The position numbers were made by a program, and so were the translations under genes. From positions 133,101-197,100 of the forward strand of contig CALDKB010000049.1 in NCBI GenBank assembly GCA_937899245.1: a stretch of DNA of 64,000 bases. The letters are read 5' to 3'. The notes beneath the pieces are model-generated. The model worked only from the letters and a program-made list of their open reading frames with translations. It was not told the DNA's origin and ran no database searches. How positions within the stretch are numbered: the stretch's first letter is position 1; the number at the start of each line of letters is the position of its first letter. Shown here in pieces: positions 59,491 through 64,000 of this stretch. This DNA comes from an uncultured Bacteroidales bacterium (GTDB taxonomy: Bacteria; Bacteroidota; Bacteroidia; Bacteroidales; ML635J-15).

Positions 59491-61098
59491 ATGCCCAAAA
59501 TGAAATCCACTGAAAACGTCATCAACCTTGACAATATCCTGTTCAACTGCCGCGACATTCTGCGTGCCGCACGCAATTCCGGTTCGTTTTTTGAAAAACG
59601 CGATATGATGCTCACGCTCATTTTCCTCCGTTTCATTGGAGAAAAATACGAAGACGGCGTGGCCAAACTGCGCCAGCAACTGAAGGATGACGGTCTTGAT
59701 CCCGATAATGAAGAAATCATAAAGGCCTTCTTTGTCGATGCAACCTTTACCGACGGCACCTACAATCTGCCGCCCGAGGCACGCTGGTCGAAAATCATCA
59801 ACACGCCGGCGCCGCAACTCAATGTGGCGCTCGACACGGCCTTGCACAGCATTGCCACCGACTCCAAGCAACTGAAAGGCTGCTTCATCGAAGGCACTTT
59901 CACCACGCGAAATTTAGGAGCCAACGATATCAAGAAGTTGGTGGACGAAGTAAACAAAATCAGCCACAAGGCCTTTGGCGAGGAAAAGGACTTGATAGGC
60001 CGCGTGTACGAGTATTTTCTAAAGGAGTTTGCCGTAAATGCCACCAAGGAAGAAGGCGAGTTTTACACGCCGCACGATGTGGTGCAGCTCATCGCCTCGA
60101 TGATTGAGCCTTACGAAGGAACGCTTTACGACCCTGCCTGCGGTTCCGGTGGTATGTTTATACAAAGTGCCGAATTGGTAAAGGCCAAGCAAGGTGACGT
60201 GAACCGTATTAACATTTACGGACAGGAAAAAGAGGCTGCCACTTACCGTTTGGCCAAAATGAATCTTGCCTTAAGAGGGCTAAGCCATAACCTTGGCGAA
60301 ACCTACGATTCTTCTTTCACACACGATTTACACCTTGGTGCGTATTTCGATTACATTATGGCCAATCCTCCGTTTAATTTGAAAGGATGGTATAATGATG
60401 AATTGAAAAATGATGCCCGCTGGGCTGACTACGCCACACCACCCGAAAGCAACGCCAACTACGCCTGGATTCTGCACATCCTTTCGCACCTAAAGCCCGC
60501 CAACGGCGTGGCGGGCTTCCTGCTGGCCAACGGTGCGCTGAACGACAGCGACACGCTCGAAATCCGTAAGCGGCTGATACAGAACGACAAGGTTGAAGCC
60601 ATCATCGTTCTACCCAGAGAGCTGTTCATTACCACGGATATCAGCGTAACGCTTTGGATTTTGAACCAGAACAAGAAAGGCGGCGACTACCACGGCACGA
60701 AGTTGCGCAACCGCGAACACGAGATTCTCTTTATGGACCTGCGCCAGTGGAACGAAAACCCGGTAAAGAACGAACAGAAAAAGAAGGTGCGTTTGCTGCC
60801 TGAACAGATAGTGCGTGCCGCCGACATTTACCACACCTGGCAAGGCGAAGGCACCGACGGCGCCGCCTACGAAGTGCCGGAGCTCTACCGCAGCGTGGGC
60901 ATCAGCGAAATTGAAAGCAAGAACTGGACGCTCACGCCCAGCAAGTATATCGAGTTCATCGACCACGACTTGGATATTGACTACCCAGCGGAGATGGCCC
61001 GCATACAAAACGAGATGAAACAGATTATGGCTGCCGAAAAACAGTCACAGAAAATGCTCGAAGAGGCGTTCAGGGGAATTGGCTATGGGGTTGAGTAA
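59491..61098 (+). CDS. hsdM: Type I restriction-modification system methyltransferase subunit M
   Basis: HsdM_N pattern (LFNCRDILR...MLTLIFLRFI), EFYTPHDVVQL, motif I YDPACGSGGMF and motif IV IMANPPFN. The gene is visibly GC-richer than its surroundings. Confidence 0.9.
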   Translation: MPKMKSTENVINLDNILFNCRDILRAARNSGSFFEKRDMMLTLIFLRFIGEKYEDGVAKLRQQLKDDGLDPDNEEIIKAFFVDATFTDGTYNLPPEARWSKIINTPAPQLNVALDTALHSIATDSKQLKGCFIEGTFTTRNLGANDIKKLVDEVNKISHKAFGEEKDLIGRVYEYFLKEFAVNATKEEGEFYTPHDVVQLIASMIEPYEGTLYDPACGSGGMFIQSAELVKAKQGDVNRINIYGQEKEAATYRLAKMNLALRGLSHNLGETYDSSFTHDLHLGAYFDYIMANPPFNLKGWYNDELKNDARWADYATPPESNANYAWILHILSHLKPANGVAGFLLANGALNDSDTLEIRKRLIQNDKVEAIIVLPRELFITTDISVTLWILNQNKKGGDYHGTKLRNREHEILFMDLRQWNENPVKNEQKKKVRLLPEQIVRAADIYHTWQGEGTDGAAYEVPELYRSVGISEIESKNWTLTPSKYIEFIDHDLDIDYPAEMARIQNEMKQIMAAEKQSQKMLEEAFRGIGYGVE

Positions 61099-61227
61099 AT
61101 GCGGAATAAAATTCTCTCCAGTGGTGAGAGAAATTGCACCAAAAGCAGAAAGCGTTTTCGCAACCACCATGTGATGGAATTTATCGGTGAAAAAGAGGCG
61201 GATTCCGAGTTGGAGAAAATGGTTTGA
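61099..61227 (+). pseudogene. Remnant of a DUF1016/YhcG-type nuclease gene fused directly to the hsdM stop
   Basis: The 42-codon ORF ends in HHVMEFIGEKEADSELEKMV. This parallels the ALEFINTEEIGERDRQDIDERVVEQ segment of the intact DUF1016 gene downstream and the usual (D)PYxLEFLGLxxxxSExDLExAL pattern of that family. Confidence 0.4.
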
Positions 61228-61241
61228 TTGTAAAAATAGTG

Positions 61242-61249
61242 TAATTTTG
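61242..61249 (+). promoter_or_regulatory. -7 promoter box TAATTTTG upstream of the DUF1016 gene
   Basis: Exact TAnnTTTG match about 108 nt upstream of ATG 61357. Confidence 0.35.
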
Positions 61250-61356
61250 CACCATTCCCAACCCCGATAAAAGAGGCCTACTAACGCACTGGCTTTCAAA
61301 CTGAATGACGGAATAGCGAAAACGAAACATAAATTACGAAGGAAAATATTAACGTT

Positions 61357-62571
61357 ATGGATAAAGAAAAATCATTAATATCATTGACCGAAGCGGTTGA
61401 GGCGATAAAAACTGCAATTTTGCAAGGCCAGTACGAGGCATTGAAAGATGTTAACCGCGTGCAACTCGCTGTTTATTTTGCGATTGGAAAATATTTATCA
61501 GAAAATACGCGCAAAGGTGTTTGGGGAACTGGTGCATTAAAACAAATAAGTCTGCAACTTAAGAAAGAACTGCCAGGACTTCGAGGTTTTTCAGAAACTC
61601 AACTTAAAGAAATGCGCAGTTTTTATGAAGGTTGGGAAATCCTTGATGCAAGCACTCAACAATGCAAAAATCTGTCAGTTGAAATTTCGTCGGTTGCGAC
61701 CGACGAAATCAACCAATGTGATTTGTCGGTTACAACCGGCGAATTGCAGATGGTTAATAATCAGATAGATATTTACAAAACCATTAAAATTCCAGATATA
61801 GCTGATTTCCCAATCGAAGATTTTTTCAGAGTTCCGTTTACGCATCACACTCGCATTATGGCAAAATGCAAAGACCTTTCGGCTCGATATTACTACATAC
61901 ATCGCACTGCGGAAGAGCATCTTTCAGTCGATGCGCTTGAAAAAATCATAAAACAACAGGCGTTTGAAAATAGGGACAAACTACCCAACAACTTTTCTCA
62001 AACCATCACAAATTCATCTATGGCGCGCAAGGCGGTAATGATGTTCAAAGATTCGTACGCATTGGAGTTTATCAATACGGAAGAAATCGGTGAACGTGAT
62101 CGTCAGGATATTGATGAGAGAGTTGTTGAACAAAGGATTGTCCAGAATATCAAAAACTTTATAATGACATTCGGGAAGGATTTCTCCTTCATTGGCAATC
62201 AATATCATTTGGAAGTGTATGGCGTTGAGTTTTTCCCCGATTTGTTGTTTTTTAATCGCGAGTTAAATGCCTTGGTAGTCGTTGAACTGAAACTGGGTGA
62301 ATTCAAACCGGCCTATCTTGCCCAACTGACCACTTATCTGCAAATTCTTGACGACCACGTGCGCAAACCACACGAAAATCCTTCAATAGGAATTGTGCTA
62401 TGCAAATCTGCCAACAAGGAATTTGTGGAATATGTTATTCAGAAATATACAAGTCCTATGGGCGTGGCCACCTATAAAACCGCCGCCGATATGCCTGAGG
62501 ACTTACGGAAAGCATTGCCCGATCTTGAAGATTTGAAAAGAATTATTAGTGAAGGGACAATGGAAGAATAG
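61357..62571 (+). CDS. DUF1016 / YhcG-family PD-(D/E)xK nuclease-like protein
   Basis: The N-terminal helical DUF1016_N-like part (VNRVQLAVYFAIGKYLSE). The C-terminal core reads FSFIGNQYHLEVYGVEFFPDLLFFNRELNALVVVELKLGEF (D...ELK nuclease motif). Confidence 0.75.
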   Translation: MDKEKSLISLTEAVEAIKTAILQGQYEALKDVNRVQLAVYFAIGKYLSENTRKGVWGTGALKQISLQLKKELPGLRGFSETQLKEMRSFYEGWEILDASTQQCKNLSVEISSVATDEINQCDLSVTTGELQMVNNQIDIYKTIKIPDIADFPIEDFFRVPFTHHTRIMAKCKDLSARYYYIHRTAEEHLSVDALEKIIKQQAFENRDKLPNNFSQTITNSSMARKAVMMFKDSYALEFINTEEIGERDRQDIDERVVEQRIVQNIKNFIMTFGKDFSFIGNQYHLEVYGVEFFPDLLFFNRELNALVVVELKLGEFKPAYLAQLTTYLQILDDHVRKPHENPSIGIVLCKSANKEFVEYVIQKYTSPMGVATYKTAADMPEDLRKALPDLEDLKRIISEGTMEE

Positions 62572-62646
62572 ATATTTCAACTACTTTAATTTTTTGTCGG
62601 AGTATGTTAAATCAACAAAACATTTAGCTACGAATAAAAAGATAAA

Positions 62647-63720
62647 ATGGCAACTTGGAAAAAAGACGATATAACGATTCAGAACGGCCAGCAGGTTTCT
62701 GCCATGGCTCCGATTATTGTTTCTGCAAGCAGAAGCACTGACATTCCTGCTTTCTATTCTGATTGGTTCTTTCACAGACTGTCGGAAGGATATTCGGCAT
62801 GGAAAAACCCGTTCAACGGGAAGTATTCATACGTGTCATATCATCAGACCAAGTTCATTGTGTTCTGGTCTAAGAATCCACGTCCTTTGTTGGACCATTT
62901 GAATAAACTCAAAACATTGAATGGAGGCATAGGATGTTACATCCAATACACCATGAATGATTATGACAAAGAAGGTTTGGAGAAAGGCGTACCGCCACTG
63001 ATTGATAGAATAGATACTTTTAAAAGATTGGTAGATTATTTCGGTGGTGCAGGTCAAGTGATTTGGAGACACGACCCGCTTATCCTTACTGACCAAATCA
63101 ACATAAACCAGCTATTGGACAAAATCGAAAGAATCGGAGACCAATTGAAAGGTTATACAGAGAGATTGGTTTTCAGTTATGCAGATATTGCCGACTACAC
63201 CAAAGTAAAACGAAACCTTGATAACAACGGAATCAACTACCAAGAGTGGCGACAAGACCAGATGGTAGAATTTGCCCAAAAGCTAGTTGAGATGAATCGC
63301 GAGAAAGGATGGAACTATGAACTGGCAACTTGTGGCGAGCCTGGTCGTTATCCAGGCATCATTCCCAATCATTGTGTCGATGACAGACTGATTGTCAGAT
63401 ATGGATACAAATCCACAGAACTTCTCAAACTATTAGGAGCAGAAGTCATTAGTCCAATGGGAGACCTGTTTGGCTCTCCAGAAATACCTTCCGATGCAAT
63501 AGAACTTGGAGACGGACAATATGCGATCATCAAGAAAAACAATCGAGACGCTGGCCAAAGAACAGCTTGTGGTTGCTGTATCAGCAAGGATATTGGGGAG
63601 TATGATACCTGCCCCCATCAATGTGAATATTGTTATGCAAACACTACAAAAGAGATAGCATTGGCAAATTATAAAAGGTATTGCAATAACAAAGAATCTG
63701 AAACAATAACAGGGAAATAA
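62647..63720 (+). CDS. DUF1848-like protein with C-terminal Cys cluster including a Cx3Cx2C motif (putative Fe-S / radical-SAM-like enzyme)
   Basis: 357 aa. The N-terminus SASRSTDIPAFYSDWFFHRL and WRHDPLILTD fit my recollection of DUF1848. The C-terminus ACGCCISKDIGEYDTCPHQCEYCYAN is encoded at 63568-63633. Confidence 0.6.
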   Translation: MATWKKDDITIQNGQQVSAMAPIIVSASRSTDIPAFYSDWFFHRLSEGYSAWKNPFNGKYSYVSYHQTKFIVFWSKNPRPLLDHLNKLKTLNGGIGCYIQYTMNDYDKEGLEKGVPPLIDRIDTFKRLVDYFGGAGQVIWRHDPLILTDQININQLLDKIERIGDQLKGYTERLVFSYADIADYTKVKRNLDNNGINYQEWRQDQMVEFAQKLVEMNREKGWNYELATCGEPGRYPGIIPNHCVDDRLIVRYGYKSTELLKLLGAEVISPMGDLFGSPEIPSDAIELGDGQYAIIKKNNRDAGQRTACGCCISKDIGEYDTCPHQCEYCYANTTKEIALANYKRYCNNKESETITGK

Positions 63721-63722
63721 TT

Positions 63723-64000
63723 ATGTCATACATTCAAGACCTAGCGAAGATAAGTGATATTTCGTTTGACAAAATCCTTCGGATTGCCAACGATAACGTT
63801 CCTCTTTCTAAGAGAAGTGCCCCATGGATCGGCCTTGAACATGGAGTAAAGCTACTGACCAATGATGATGAAATGGCACAATACCTATCAGCGTATGGGC
63901 CAATGCATCGAGAAAAAATAGTGGCAGCCTTGGATACAGTTCAGACACCGATTGATTATTTTACAAAGAAGATGACTGTAGTTGATTGGGGGTGCGGACA
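63723..64000 (+). CDS. Putative class I SAM-dependent methyltransferase, 3'-truncated by the window edge
   Basis: The ATG lies 2 nt after the DUF1848-like stop. My own translation reads MSYIQDLAKISD...YLSAYGPMHREKIVAALD...KKMTVVDWGCG, and the last residues match the motif I (V/I)xDxGCG pattern. This ORF is not in the supplied track because it has no stop in the window. Confidence 0.5.
   Translation, partial: MSYIQDLAKISDISFDKILRIANDNVPLSKRSAPWIGLEHGVKLLTNDDEMAQYLSAYGPMHREKIVAALDTVQTPIDYFTKKMTVVDWGCG

Overview
The window looks like a chromosomal segment of a Bacteroidota (Bacteroidales-like) genome. Three things point that way: many TAnnTTTG -7 promoter boxes sit 15-40 nt upstream of start codons, a short (~286 aa) primary sigma factor is present, and there is a T9SS C-terminal sorting domain protein plus a complete nqrA-F operon. 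Most of the window is ordinary housekeeping: clpC, rpoD, nnr, nadD, hutI, pyrG, yidC, nqrABCDEF, recQ, kdsD-like, hpt, adk, ansA, folC, three tandem FKBP isomerases, a LytS/LytTR two-component pair, two outer-membrane receptor genes and one tRNA-Val. No rRNA, CRISPR array, transposase or integrase was seen.

Two accessory loci stand out.

(1) 32.3-35.3 kb holds a solitary 820-aa fusion protein. It has an N-terminal PD-(D/E)xK-like motif, a gamma-class N6-adenine methyltransferase (DCCAGTG, NPPY) and a long C-terminal domain, so it is a type IIG-like restriction-modification enzyme. It is wedged between yidC and a DMT transporter. A ~560-nt non-coding region precedes it, containing nested long-range helices, a terminator-like hairpin and a promoter box, all consistent with a structured leader or sRNA on the minus strand.

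(2) 59.1-64.0 kb is an island directly downstream of tRNA-Val. It carries a GC-richer type I hsdM with no adjacent hsdS or hsdR. In their place are a DUF1016 nuclease gene fragment, an intact DUF1016/YhcG PD-(D/E)xK nuclease, a DUF1848-like protein whose C-terminus carries CxCC...Cx3Cx2C (a radical-SAM-type cluster motif), and a tightly coupled SAM-methyltransferase gene cut by the window edge. This may be an uncharacterised DNA-modification or defence module.

All calls come from reading the sequence and ORF translations by eye. No database search or folding program was run.
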